DNA of 64,000 nucleotides from Bigelowiella natans CCMP2755 (Eukaryota > Protista > Cercozoa), in assembly GCA_000320545.1 (NCBI GenBank), contig ADNK01001594.1:1-64000 (forward strand), given 5' to 3'. Of the stretch, positions 37,074 through 51,816 are shown in pieces. How positions within the stretch are numbered: position 1 is the first letter of the stretch; every line of letters begins with the position of its first letter. A program made the translations under genes and the position numbers. The notes below the pieces were generated by a model. The model did no database searches. It worked only from the letters and a program-made list of their open reading frames with translations, and had not been told where the DNA came from.

Positions 37074-38594
37074 TTGAGCGAGAGAGAGAAAGAGGTGCAC
37101 AATCCAATATTTCGAATGTTATATTGTTATCTTCAACATTATTCCGATCGTCGTCATCATCATCATCATCATCATCATCATCACCATCATCACAGTCACC
37201 ACCCATCCGCATGGCCTCCTCCTCCTCCTCCTCCTCCTCTTTTCGTTTGATTGGCACAGGTGACTCCTGGCAATGTGCTTTTGAACCGTGCAGTACCCAA
37301 GGAGACCTCAAAGGACATTCCCAATCCAACAGCACACTCTGCTGCTGCTGCATCAGATAACTACATCTCAAGACCTGTGAGGTCAGTAGTAGTAAGACAG
37401 GGCTACTATCTACTGGAAGAGAGACGGAGTTACCAACCTGCAGCTCGTCTAATAACAGTGGGAGGAGGAGGAGGAGGAGGAGGAGGAGGAGGAGGAAGAA
37501 GAAGAGAAATAAGCAAGAAGAACATACTGATGATAGCACCATTCTCATTATCATCGTAATCATCATCATCATCATCACCACCACCACCATATAATTTATA
37601 TTCAATTGATCATTGCACAGGTATAAGTCCCCTTCGCACGGACATGTAGATCAGGTGAAAGAACGCCATCATCATCATAGTGGCAGCAATTATCATCACC
37701 ATTATGAACGTCATCATCCTACTTACTTTCTTTCTCCTCCTCCTCCTCCTCGTATCCTCCTCTTCCCAGGTGATAATCACCTCCAACAACACCGATCACT
37801 TCATGGTGAAGATTCTTATGCGCTCTACTCGCCGCCCGGAGTTGGGAGACAAGTTCTCCTCAAGGCATGGACAAAAAGGCGTTGTTGGTATCCTAATCCC
37901 CCAAGAGGATATGCCTTTCAACGACCAGGGCATTTGCCCTGATATCATCATGAACCCTCACGGTAGTAGCTACCACTACCTCAGCCAACCCAACGATGTG
38001 TTACTTGCTGCTAATGAAAGCACAACGGAACAGAGAATAATACCGAAAGAGGGAGTGTACAAATAATACGCTATATTACTACGATGGATTTTACCACGCC
38101 TTTGGGTTATTCGAGGGATTGTAAATGATTGCTCTGATTGTCCATCATTTGCTGTTTAAGAATAATAATAAATAGTAATGATAATAATAGAAATAATAAT
38201 AATGATAATACACGTCTTTCATGCAGGATTTCCGTCTCGAATGACAGTAGGAAAGATGATCGAGCTCCTTGCTGGCAAGGCGGGCCTCATGGAGGGCAAA
38301 TTCAAGTCAGTGATGATTATCATCATCATCATGATGATCACGACAGTACAACTAACAAAATAAAACAAATAAAAATCCCTCAAGATCGACCACCTCATCA
38401 TATCTATTATTGCCGTCGTCGTTGTCGTTGCACTTCTTGTTAGTAGCTCTGTAAGAATGGACAGTTTGCAGATAGAGACCAAGCGTTCTTTTTTAGCTGT
38501 ATCATTATAATGTATATCGCTGTGGTTGTGAAGAGTGTAATAGCATTTCCTTGCTCGTGCTAGTCTTCCTGAAAGTGCTGCAGCTATCATTATC

Positions 38595-38630
<36 letters not shown>

Positions 38631-39361
38631 GTCATCATCATCATCGTCGTAGATATGGCACGGCATTCCAGGGCGACAGTGCGGTTGAGATGGGGGAGAT
38701 ACTCGTAAAGCATGGGTACTACTAATAGTGTTGATCATATAGATGTTAATCATCATTCAAATAATGATAATAATGATAATAATAATAATGATAATATTAA
38801 TGTAATCCTTCTTTCGCTGTGATAGCTGACTAACTGCTGACTGCTCACTCATTCTCGGAATACATGCTATTCTCCCTCCTCCTGCCCCCCCCCCCCTCTT
38901 ACAGATTCAGCTATTCTGGGAAGGACTACCTTGCCTCCGGAATAACGGGGGAGCCCCTGCAGGCCTACATCTACTGCGGTCCTGTATACTACCAAAAGCT
39001 GAAACACATGGTGATGGATAAGTTGCATGCAAGGGCTACTGGGAGACGTGTGGCGCTGACACGGCAGCCAACAGAGGGAAGGGCCAAGGATGGGGGACTA
39101 CGACTGGGGGAAATGGAGCGAGACTGTCTGATAGGCCATGGATGCAGCAACTTGCTGCTGGAGCGCTTGATGATTTCAGCCGACGTATTTAACGCCGATG
39201 TGTGCAAGAAGTGCGGGCTGCTTGGGTACATGGGCTGGTGTCAGTACTGCAAGAGCGGCGATCATATGTGTGTTCTCCGCATGCCGTACGCCTGCAAGCT
39301 GCTCTTTCAAGAGCTTCAGAGTATGAACATTATGGCCAAGCTAAGGGTCGAAAGCTTCTAA
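26737..39361 (+). CDS. RPC2: RNA polymerase III second-largest subunit; about 36 exons
   Basis: [165 protein letters not shown]. Every junction I traced is GT..AG. Confidence 0.97.
28754..28885. repeat. Intronic tandem duplication, 2 x 65 bp
   Basis: CTGAAAACACCAAGAAAAACGTTTCTCAACATTCTTTATCAATATTCTTTCTCAATATTTTCTCC starts at 28754 and again at 28819. Confidence 0.9.
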
Positions 39362-39379
39362 AAGTCGTCTTTCAGTAGC

Positions 39380-40050
39380 AATTTGCTACGTAGTAGCAGC
39401 CCCTGGAAGACATAGACGACGACCTGGATAAGGGCCTAATCGTCAAATGGTTAGTGCGTGCGACACGCATTCTGGCCATTATTGTCGAACGTGGTATGCA
39501 TGGATATGCGTGTTTTTTGTCGAGTAGATGCTACGCGCATTGCATACAGAGGTTCTTGCTGTAATTAATTAAAGGGATGTACGTGTGCATTCAAATTGGT
39601 CTGGCCGTGCATGTGTATTGACCAAGCCAGCTAGCTGCAATAGCGAGAATCGATTTGTAATGTAAATTGGGAATCATTCGTTTTTGTAGCGTTGCGAGGC
39701 ACAGGTATGCTAGTAGTATGCAATCGTAATCGCAAGGCTACACCATTCTAGCATTGCTCGTTTGTTTAGCAAGTATTTAGTTGTGCTGCATATGTGTTGG
39801 CCGAATGATTGCGGTCACAATTGTTCGCATATTGCTAAATTACATGCACTGCACGACACACATGCGTGTATATGCATACAGTACATGCTAGCGTAGTGCT
39901 GTATCCATTGTGCCACATCATGGCACTCTAGCTAGCACTCGCCAAGCGATTTAGTGATACACATAATGCACGATGTTATTGTGATGTAGACGAGCCACAC
40001 ATTTAATAACTGCAATGATAATGACTGAGACTTGATAAAATAACAATAGT
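39380..40050. other. Palindrome-word-rich intergenic tract
   Basis: TGCA, GCATG, GCTAG, CTAGCTAGC words between the convergent ends at 39361 and 40075. Confidence 0.65.
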
Positions 40051-40074
40051 TCATGTGACATATTTAGCTACGTA

Positions 40075-41004
40075 TCATATAACGGCATCATCTTCTTCTT
40101 CAGAAGATGTATCGTCAAGATGTGACATGTCAAGCCTCGGTGCATTCTCACTGATTGCAGTCCTTGCATCGCCACCTTCACTGTCGTTGTCGCCGAAGGT
40201 TTTTCTAGTAGGTGGAACCGAGAGGCTTGTCGTCAAATCTTGCTTTGAATCCTTACTCTCAAAAGATTCTGTAGCCACCTGGGGAGCTTCCTCAGGCGGA
40301 GAAACTGAAATTTGACGAACAGGGAGAGACTGCTTTTCTCCTTGGTTAGAACTAATGCAATCATCACTATCATCACTATCTGTTTCTTTATCATTTACAT
40401 TTTCAATGAGATCAGGGAAGGGAGGGGCAGGGAGATCAGCATCTACATCTTCCGCAGCAGGAGGCCGAATAACGTCATCATCCTCACTCTGTTGCTTCAA
40501 CTCTCTCTCTGCTTCAGATGGGGGGGCAGGAAGCTCAGAATCTATATCATCTGCAGGAGGAGGCTGAATAATGTCCTCATCCCCACCATCCTGTTTTTTG
40601 AGCTCTCTCTCTGCTTCTTCAGTTTGTTCTAGTTGAAGAGCCGGTGGAGGCAACACTACGTTTTCAATGTCCAACTCCTCGTGCCTTGCAAGATGATGAT
40701 CGGGAAGTCTCAGTGTCAGTGATGATGCGATTGATGTTGTGGGCGGAGAGATTGTGATGAAAATATATTCATGATCTAGTTGAAAGTTTATCGAAGTTGT
40801 TTGCGAAAGCAGGGCTGCTTTTGTGCCTGCTCTTCTAAGCAGTGCTAGCAAAAAATAGAAGACATGTTGGATGATGGCGATTCAAAAAAGAAACACTGGT
40901 CATTGACTACTACTACTCCAAAGTCACATCGAGAAGCAGGCAATTTGCTGTCGCTCGCATTTTTCAGATTTACATCACTTTTTATAATTTGTCAATGTGA
41001 TTCA

Positions 41005-41035
<31 letters not shown>

Positions 41036-42132
41036 CTCTTTCTACCCTGTTGGAGGCTGTAGCTCTGGTATGGGCGGCGCAAGGTTGCTTGTCTCGCTAG
41101 GTGGAAGAGGTGGCTGTTCTCTGCTTAGAATTTCATCTTCTTCCTCTCCAGAATCGACATTCTTCTCCTCCTGGTCATCATCAACCATTGGTGCTGAAAG
41201 ATCATCACCTTCATCTTCGTTGCTACTCGTATTTGACTCATGTTCTCCAACGTCATCCTCCTGCGCTACATCGCCGTCGTTGTTATCATCGTCCTCCTCC
41301 TCATCATCTTTTTCTGGTAGTTTTTCCTCTCCCTCTTGCTCCGGTACCGGAGCGCGTCCAGCGGGCGGCAAATGATCATCGTCGTGGACAGCACTGATGC
41401 GAAACTTGTGGTAGCTCTCCTCGTCCCCACGATCATCTTCATCATCATCATGATCATCATCTGGCAACCTTGGCACGGGAGCAAGGCTTGTTGGCGGTCC
41501 GTCGTCGTCGTTTTCACCAGAGTTTTCTTCAACTCCTGGAGGAGAAGCTGTTGGAGGAACAGGAGCAGCAGCAGCAATGTGCGAGGAGCTTGAATCTCCA
41601 CCATCAAGAGGCATCGAGGAGGGGATTGGCGCAAAGTCTTGAGCTTGTTTGTCTTCCTCCTCCTCCTCACCTTCTTCTTGTTCGTAAGACGGAGGAAGGG
41701 GGGGCTGCTCAGGTGTGACAGCTTCTTCTACCTCTCCTTCAACTTGGGCTGGTGGAAGAGGAGCATCTCCAACTGCCGATTCTCCTCCTCCTTCTCCCTC
41801 GAAGGTGAAGGAGGGGGGAGGGCCAGGAGGTAGTGGTGCTTTTCTATCTTCAATAGTCTCGTCGTCACCCTCCTGCTGCCTTTTCTCCTTGATGATCTTT
41901 CTTGGGGTTGACGATGGCTATACAATTGCAATGTGAAAGAAGTAAAATGAATGGATAACATCCTAATTCGGAACTGTATCTTGACACTACTTCTCCTCTC
42001 GGAGTATCGAAAGTTAGCTACTTAGTTACAACCGTGATGTCGTTCTTGGTAAAAAGCCCCCATGCCTTACGTTGAATCTTGACACACACACACACACACA
42101 ACACACAAACACACAAACACACGCGCGCGCAC

Positions 42133-42174
<42 letters not shown>

Positions 42175-45100
42175 ATATGACTTTGTGCTTCGCGAATTTG
42201 GTTGTTTCTATCAAGTTGTCATCATGCCGACTATTCGTTCAAGATGCACGTTTGTTGCATCTGTTGGCCATAATACCGAAAACATCACAGCTGTTGTTTC
42301 TGTACCTCTACATATTTATCGCTCGCTCTTGTAATCACTTCTACCCAGATACACAGTTCCTGCAGTAGAGCGGGGAGTGTGAGCAGCGAGTGAGTGAGGA
42401 TTGAACAACAACAACAGCAGCATCGTGTATGAAATACTCTCAGATGTATTACTTTCTGATGATACCATCTACCATAGATTTGTCCTCATCTCTCTCAAAT
42501 TTAGAATCTCTTTAAGACTGCTGCTTTATCCTCCTACCCCCCCTTCCCCCCCTCTCTCTTTCTTATCCGTCTCTAATATAAACGTTGTTATTTTCTCTTG
42601 TTTTTAATAACCTGGTTTTCGCGCAAGATATCGAGCTTGACCGTCGATCCGATTGTCTTTATTTCTAATTCCTCAATCATTTCCATGATGCTGTAGTAGC
42701 AGCACAAATAGTAGGAATAGTTGTAGTAAATAAGTAGTGCTTTTTAGCATATATTAGCATTGCTGAGTCAGAGATTAGTCCTCTAGTATGTTATTACATA
42801 TTGGGGTAAACTTTGAATTCTATCTCAACCCTCCCCCGCCCCCTTCTCTCCGTGTCTGTCTATGTGATGACCTCCCTATTGGCACATCGTCGATCTTGAG
42901 GATGATATCGTCGGTCATCAAATCGGAGTCTTTGCTAACGACTTTCGTCACCACCACTCTGTGCACAGCAGCAGCATCATGCATGTATGCATGTATGTAT
43001 GTATGTATGATGTATGTATGTAAGTTTGTATGTATGTGTCAGCGGTCAAGTTAGCATGATTGGCTACGGGAATCATCATCTTTTGCATAATGGTGATGTC
43101 GTCGTTGCGCTACTGCAGCATTATTACCGGCCGCCTCGTTGCGCTGTCTTAACGCCTAGGTTTCTTGGCATCTGATCGTCGTCACATGCAATTGGTGATG
43201 ACACTTGGTGCGTGCATACCCGTGCGTGTTGTATGTTTTATGCAGTGTGAGTACCCTCTCTATGACATCCTCAGCTTCCTGAATAATCTTGGTTCTTTCT
43301 TCTACGTCCTCTGCAAGGGGTGGGGACAGAAAGGCGACAGACAATGGTTAGGAGCACAGTAGTAGTGGTAGTGGTAGTGGTAGTGGTAGTGGTAGTAGTA
43401 AGTTGTAGCAGGACTGAAGCAACGAAAAGAAGAAATCTGAAGGTTTTGATGTGTTCTTAAAAGTATTAGTATAAGTGGTTAGGCAGGGGTCTAACAAACG
43501 TTGTATTTCCCCGTGCTCCTTCTGGATTAGTTTGATGTTTTGCAAGACATCGTTTAAACTCTTCTGCGAACGGGCTGATCAAGGAAAATTCTCAATGAAC
43601 AAACTGATGGAGGACTTTAGTTGCCACCAAATATTCGAATCCCAAAAAGCAACTGCCGAAGGTGGTGATAAGGTGAAATCTAAGCAATGTATCTGACATG
43701 CCACACTGAATCACTAGTAATGCAAACAAACTAGATGAAGGAATGAGAAGAGGTTAAGGCTCTTGCCTCGCATAAGAAGAAGTTCATTACCAAAACCAAA
43801 AGAAGTGAAGACGACGACGAACATATCAACAAAGAGGCAATAATATCACCTAATGCTCTCTGGAGGCTTCGATTTGTTGGGCTATGTACTCCCTGCACGC
43901 AGCACAGTTGTTTCAGTAATTTATTTTGCGAAGGACTACTTTTTGAGATCACCAGTGATTACGAGAGGACGACCAGGAAGAATAAAGGAGAAAATGAATG
44001 AAAAGCTTGAATAATACCTCCGAGCTTGTGTTGTTGACGTAGATCTTCTTCTCTATCACTTTGACTTCATTCTTGATCCGTTTCTTCTCTTCTTCGTAGT
44101 CTTTTAAATCTTCCTGTGTAGATGATGTTCAAGTGCGCGTGTAAGTGCGTGCTTGAGTGTACATCTGGATGTGGTATGAGAAATAATGCTTCGCTGCTGA
44201 TCTTTTGGCCACCACCACTATCTCTTCTACAGAAGAGGACGACGAAGAAGAAGATGAAGGCAGTAGGTCAACATAACAAAAAACAGCTTCCCTTCCGACA
44301 ACTGACATTCATCTCAGCCAAAGGGATAGTACTGCTTGCTGCTGATACCTCTAAGTGCCTTATTTTGTTGTTGAGAATCTCGTTCTGGCTAACAATCTTG
44401 TGTCTGAAGATGATAAATATGAAACATAGATATATAATCAGATGATACAGGAAGCGATGAAGAAGAAGTCAAGGGAAAAATATTTCTCGATAACGTCTTC
44501 TCCTTTCCTCTCCAGCACAATCAAGCTAATCATGTGGGGGGGGGGGAGATCCTTTTATATTTTCTTGTAACAGAGCTAATAATCATTGTAAATCGACACA
44601 CATGTTCGCTTGTGACTCCAAGACAACTCTCATTTTCTTCCGGAGCTCATCGTTTTCATGCACAAGTTCCCTATTTTTAGTTTGTTCCAAAATAATCCAA
44701 GTGAACAGCAAAACAGAATCAATAGAAAAGAAGACCTCAATGGCCTAGTAGGAAGAGCACACACATACACACACGCATACACACACACACTTGGTGTGGT
44801 AAATACTATGCAGCGTGCAAGCATGTATATGATGAATGTACCTTGCATGGTCAGAGCTCAATTTGAAGTCCAGCTTTCGCGCCGAAGAATGAAGGACAGA
44901 ACGTTCGTCACATGCCAAAAGAACACAGTTAGTTCACATATTAGCAACAATTATCCCCTCCTACAACCATCTATAACTGTATTTCTCAACACATAAGGCC
45001 CACAGAGAGGGAGGGGGATGGAGAGGTAGATAACAGATTGTAGCTATTATTTAATGCAATTCCAACCAATTTAATGCATAGTTATCATTATCAGTACGTG

Positions 45101-45840
45101 TGAGGTTATCTACCTCCTTTGGATCGCTCTTCATAACATGGTCCCTGCAACACAATGATATTAATTACATCGGCGAGACGAAGTCAAATGTAGAGGTAAT
45201 AATAATTAGGTGAACATCAAGTCCGTATCTTTCTATGCAATTTTGTCTGATTTGATCAAAGCGCTGTCCCCCCAACATTCCTATGCCTAATATCCTATAC
45301 TTTTATGCAGTGTTAGTATTACTTTCTTTTATCCTTCAACAAATCATTTTCTATATGCAACTGGTGAAGACCTTGATAAATTTTAAAAGCGAATGATTGA
45401 TTAGCAACCGCCGATCACAAACGATGTTGATGTCGAATCATGATGACGATGTGTGAATGCTTCTTACTTTCCTTGCTTTGCTTTAACTCCTTGACAGCTC
45501 GCTCATATTTCAACTGCAAACTCAGGTCTCTGGAAAACGCATGGACGCACGGTACACGCATACGAACACATAGCATAAGCACAGCACATGTAAAACTTTG
45601 TTACAAATTAATAATTGCAAGTAATCACGAAGGTGTGAGAGCCGTTTATAGCGACGTTTGATGAAAAAAAGGGAAGATGAGGGCAAAAAGCATAAAATAC
45701 GGATGGTATGAACTTGTAATAATACCCATCATCATGATTATGATCTCCGTCATCTTGGTATTCGTAATGATGATTGTCTTCATCGGCATCATCATCATCA
45801 TTGTAATCTATAGGTTCCCGTGGTGGACCCCCCTAACGTT
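40075..45840 (-). CDS. Hypothetical coiled-coil protein with long acidic/Pro-rich disordered C-terminus; multi-exon, 5' end unresolved
   Basis: Small GT/AG-bounded exons encode heptad-like peptides (DLSLQLKYERAVKELKQSKE; TKNRELVHENDELRKKMR; EDLKDYEEEKKRIKNEVKVIEKK). Large acidic exons lie at about 41045-41920 and 40075-40800, including a two-copy EAERELK..PP..D..LPAPP repeat. Confidence 0.6.
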
Positions 45841-46933
45841 GAAGTGGGTGATCATTGGTTTTGATATCCCTTCCTTCCCCCCTCTCCCCTCCCACTCTTA
45901 CTCCCTTACATTATGAGGTTGGATGCCGTTTCAGCTAGACCTAAATCTACTTTTTACTCTCTCATTATCGATATGCGATATGCATCTCCCCCCCCCCCCC
46001 CTGTGGTTAAATGTTATTACATTTGTCATGCACAACCGCGGACCGCTACAAGCTTGACCCATATTTGTCTTCAAGGAATGTCTGATACACGATGATGGAT
46101 GAGATATGCAGCAGATGCAGCAGCAGGAGTAAGCATCGAGAAAAAGAAACTATGATCTAGATAGTCACTCAAAATTGCACGCTTCTTTCTTTGTCAACTG
46201 TAGTGAAATTGGATCAAGCAATGTGGACATAAGCATCATGAAAATCAAGAAAATCTAAGATATTTGAGTTCACACTGCGCGGCCGTGCGCCACACGATCA
46301 TCGTTCAATATGGTTGCTCCAAAAGTGGAGACCACAGAAAACAACACAGAATGACACCTTTGCGCAAGCTGGAGAACAGAATTTCGAAGTCTGTGCTAGT
46401 CTCTTTCTATTGGTGAAGATTTGATTCTGTCTGCATGAACGATGATGCGGACAATGATGATGATGATCTTTGCTTGCCCGCTACACCAAGACTACGACTT
46501 TGGTAAGATTCGAGCAGCAGATAATGTACTGGGAGCTACAGAGGACGACACGATCTGTTTTATTATCGCAGGTAAAAAATGCCATGTCATTTGAACGATA
46601 AAACCGATCGTTACTCTCTGCTCTTCGGGAAGTTTTGTCCACTGGATACGAGTAGCCTCATGCAAGAAATGCAATAATTCCATGTGAATTTGTACATACG
46701 ACAACAGAAATCCTGCGATTTTTAAGTTTGAAGCTCAGATTACTCTTAAAATCTAGGTGTTCATTCTCCCCATCCACACTAGATCTATCTTGTGGCAAAG
46801 GAAACTCGAAGCAGCGCCGCTGCCGAATCGATGACACCTCTTATCTACCTGTGAACGTGCTCCGAGTAAGCAAATATTACAGAGGAGACTCGACCTTCTG
46901 TTAAAAAAATTGCCTGTGTCAGATTAAGTCTCG

Positions 46934-48779
46934 ATGGGGCAAACACAATGCTGCACAGCCCATCCTCGGGGTTTCTATGAGCAAAAGACAGGAACAAGGG
47001 TTACCATACAGGTAAGAGAAGAAGGAAATAGTAATATCACTTATGATACTTCTCGTTCGAACATTATGTTCATTCGATATCGATTTTCTCCTCGCTATCT
47101 AAGGAGATAATAATTTTGGTAGTAGGGGCATTATAGTTGACTTACCATCATCATTTTAATGTAAATACGCAGCAAATAGCTGGAAGCCTCCATTGGAGAG
47201 TGGAGCTTAAGGAGAGAAAGCTTGACGTGTTTGCAGCGAAGGTGAGGGAGCAGATGGACGAGAGCACTTGATTTTGTAGACATTCGTAGCATACATGACG
47301 ATGATGTATTCCTCATTCGTTCCATTTGTTGATTATTAGCCGCAAAAATGGACTCCTCGCACACCGATAGTGATGTGTTTTCCGGGTCTTAAAGATCCAG
47401 CTGTACAATTCTACAGGACCATTTTAGGTTGTTCATAAGGGAGAAAGCAATCGATTATGATGACCTAGAAAAAGAAAAGGAAAAATATCTTGCTTTTGTA
47501 TGCTTTGGTACACCCGTACCTGTGTGCGCCGTTTGTCGTTGATGGCATTTTTCTTGTTATTCGTGTTTATATCTGTTTGTGGTTGTGTGTTTGAACCACT
47601 ACCAGATCTCAAGCTACACGAGAAGTATGGGTTTGTTGTGATGGTACCGGATCTTGAGAAAGAATTCACTTTAAATCACCTCGGCAACATCTACGAGTCA
47701 GTCTTCTTACTCCCTCCGCCATTAATACTAATTCGTACCAAATATATGAAGTATGATGGGGTTGTGTGTGTTTGTGTGTGTTTGTGTGTGTGTGTGTGTG
47801 TGCGTGCGTGCGTGCGTGTTTTCATGTACATTCTTCAGGCTGGGTGATGACAAGGAGCCAAATCTTGATGCTCCTAATGATGTGGAGGTAGACTAGTGCA
47901 AATTTTTAAAGACGACGACGAGGCTTTTTCAGAGTTCTTATTGGTTTTGTGTCTTGAAGAATTTTTTTTTTCTTGTGGGCTATATCGGGAAGCAAGCGCC
48001 CTTTTGTTCTCAAACCTCCCAACCAATACTCTCTCTTTCTGTTACTCACCGCACACATTATTCTCATGTTGTTGATGATGGAAACGAATCAATGAGATTC
48101 AGAATCAAATGGTGCATCTGTGTGTATACAGAGTATAGATACAGAGTATAGATATGCGTTTGAAATTAAGATTCGTACCATCATATCCTCGTGATCATTG
48201 TGAGCATTGTGAGGTGTGACTGGCTATTATGTGCACAGGATTGGTCTTTTACAGTTTTGGCTGAAGTTTTCCAAAAGATGAGGATTAAGTTAGGGTAGGA
48301 AATAACCACAATAATGGACGAGATAATGATGTGGTGATGGTGATGATGATGATTAAGAAGAAGAAGAAGCAAAAAGCAATGCAGACAATAGTCCTGAAGA
48401 TATATGGACGAGCAGCTGGAGATATTTACCGGAGATAAAGCAGTGACGACAATCGTACCTCCTCCTCCTCCTCCTCATCATCATCATCATCATCATCGTC
48501 ATCATCATCATCATCATCACCTATGTTCTTCTATACTCGAATCAGGTCGACTCAAAAGACCTTTCGGGTTTACGGCCTCGAGGTAAACAACGTAGTAAGT
48601 TGCTGATAGATAGATAGATAGATGATGATGATGATGATGATGATGAGAGCCGATTGCATAGAATTCCAAATTCATCGAATTTACTAAGGCGTGCTTTAAC
48701 ATCCAACCATCACTCTCTAGGAGGGTGCTGAATTTGCTCTCCGGTTATGCATTTTTTCTCCTCCAGGGCTTATAAGGAG

Positions 48780-48812
<33 letters not shown>

Positions 48813-49387
48813 ATAGCAACCAGGACCATGAGCTCTTCTGGCATATCATCCTTCTCATTTAAAGAAGATGATCAATACTGTGTGCTCCGGCATCAACATC
48901 TTCACTGTGCCTCCCCCGCTCTTTTTGTTTCCTTTAATGATGCTGGCGCTGAGATTTTTGTTCGTCGGAAATGTGGTTGTTAAGTGCTCTAACAACCTCT
49001 GCCCCTGTTTTGCCCTTACAAAGAGCCGTTATTGCGTATGGTGAAAACTACACGCATATGGATCGAAATGTGGAATATCCAGCTGGGGTGGGGGACTTGG
49101 GTGTCAAATCCTTTAAGGTATGATTGCTGCAAATTAGGTTTTTCATTTCTCAGTACTTTCACTACCATCGGCCATCAATAACATCTTTACAACGAATGAT
49201 TTCCTGTTTCTCTTATCAATTCCATGGTTTTAGTATGGAATAAGTGACACATTATGACAATTAATCTCTGCTATTGTTGCCATCTAACAAACTTGTTTTT
49301 ATCAGGTAAAAGATCTGCTGCAAAGAGAAATCAAGATCTTTGTTCCTGATAAGGATAATGAAGAAGCGGTATAGGAACAAACAAGCG

Positions 49388-49427
<40 letters not shown>

Positions 49428-49444
49428 CCATAAATTCATTGTAT

Positions 49445-49487
<43 letters not shown>

Positions 49488-49708
49488 GTGCAGCAGTGAG
49501 AGACGTGAGCGTTGAAGATCCTCATTTTCACTCATAACGAATTATTTATTATAGGAGACCGACTCGCCTCTCTTAAGGCTGTATGAAAGTGGAGCTGGTA
49601 ATATCATTATCGTCGTTGTAGTACAATCATCATCGTCGTTGTAGTTCTTGTCAAATTTAGTAGTTAGTGGAAGGAAAAGAAGGAGGAAAGCAAAATTAGA
49701 TATATAAC

Positions 49709-49761
<53 letters not shown>

Positions 49762-50243
49762 TACGCGCATGCGTTGATTATTTCTCTTTCTTCTTATTAT
49801 TATTATAGAATGCCTTCAGAGGGCGGAGAGCTTGGCTTCAAGCATGAATCTTGTCTGTGGTTGGTCGATATTCTTCTCTCCCTCAAGCTCTAATAAGGTG
49901 GGCGGTTGTAGTAGTGTGTGACTAGGAGGGTGGTGGGATGCCAGTAAGCAGAGCAGCAAAACACAACAATAGCCAAACGACGAGTACTTGCAGATTCTTT
50001 CAGTGGGCTCAAAATCACAGAGCAAAGAAACTTTAGCCTAATTTTCCGGCCTTTCAGCTGTGATATTTCATTCTTATCTTTTCCTTAGCTCCGGGCGATA
50101 TTGCGAAACTCGGTGAAGCTGATCATCGATGAAGACGACGTAGACGAGTCTTTGCACGAAGATGCCTCTATCTTTGCTGCAGGTATCATTATCCCAGTGT
50201 GCAAGCAGTCCCACGATGAACGTTAGATTGTAAGCATGTGAGG

Positions 50244-50276
<33 letters not shown>

Positions 50277-50503
50277 GTGTAGTAGTAAACGAGTGTACAT
50301 CGTACTCGTAATAATACGTGGATGTTGCGTAGGTATAGTAGAGTCCGGTTTCTCGTCTTCAGACAGGGCCTTAGACACCTATGAGGGGGATGAGGACGAA
50401 GGCACCGCAGCCAAGCCCCCCGGAGCTGTAGTCGATAACATCATCAATAACAGTCCCAAGGTGGTCAGAGGAGAGGGTTGATTTAATATATTCACATTCG
50501 GTG

Positions 50504-50542
<39 letters not shown>

Positions 50543-50931
50543 GGCCAGTAATAATTGAGAAAAAAGAAAAATCAATAGTAAGGACAATGGCTACTACATC
50601 TGAAAGCGTTCCTGCTCCCCAATACAAGCTCAATTTCATACAAAATACACAAATTGTGTTGAAGCTCGTAAAGTTTTACCTACCTATCATTCATTACCCC
50701 CCCCCTCCCCATACACACGTAAATCAATTTTGTTCCAAAAATAAAATGGCGAGTCAGTGCTCATTCCGATGCTGCTGAGGTTGCATAAAGGGGGGATATA
50801 TCAGGTTGCTCTCATCATCGTTATCATTAGGTACAGAAGGTGTTGGAGGAACAACGGCTGAAAGTGCTGCAAGAAGACTATGATGATAATGCACAAATTG
50901 CTGGTACTTATTATACACGTGCACAAGTGTC

Positions 50932-50982
<51 letters not shown>

Positions 50983-51515
50983 ATGTATATATATACATAG
51001 AAGCATCATAACCAACATCATGAATAATCTTCCTGTGTATTATCGTCTACAGGGGCTTTTCCATTCTCCATTGCGAACCTTTCTCTGTCGCAGAGCGCAG
51101 ATTCCCCTTCAAAACTACCAGAGCTGAAGGAAAATCCCTACATAGATTATGGTAGGAACCTCACAATCAAAGCGTGGGAGGAGGTGGTGGAGAAGGAGGA
51201 AATTGTACGCAAAGAGTTTTGTAGCACCAGAATCATCGTAGCACGCACTCACAGTCACACATATGCATCATCCTTGTAGGTACTTCCACCATAGAACCTC
51301 AGAATTTCCTGATGGATTCAAAGGAAAATGAGGGGGGGGCAGGTGTAACGGAGAATAAAACTGATAATCATGCAGTGGTGCGGGGGGGTGCAGTGAATAA
51401 ATATGAAAAGGAATGGAAGAATCACTATAATGACAGCGACTTGAGTGTGCAACAGCAACAGCTTGAGGGTAACTTTCAAATAATAATTAGATTTTACAGC
51501 CTGTCGTGCTTATCA

Positions 51516-51546
<31 letters not shown>

Positions 51547-51778
51547 ACATAATATGTAATATGCAATATTGTGCAGCATGCACTTATTTAGTAAAGACAC
51601 CGCAAAAATACTGATGGTGATAAGACCTTTGTTGTACAATACAAGTAGACGTGCCAGGGGCTCGCACCTCTTCTGCGGCTAACGACTGCAAAGAATCCCC
51701 TGCCGCAGCCGGCAGTGTTTTTACACCTTCTCCATTTGGCAAGTCTATAAGGTAGTAGGGTAGCAGGTGTACTACTAC

Positions 51779-51816
<38 letters not shown>

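Noticed and set aside
17056-39361. RPB11 and RPC2 within 9 kb as a polymerase gene cluster
   Set aside because: They belong to different polymerases and are separated by three unrelated genes. Nothing here argues against chance.
45840-46062. MGQACS acylation-type start for the minus-strand coiled-coil gene, mirroring MGQTQCC of its divergent neighbour
   Set aside because: I could not splice it in phase to the downstream exons, and nearby homopolymers make the frame unreliable.
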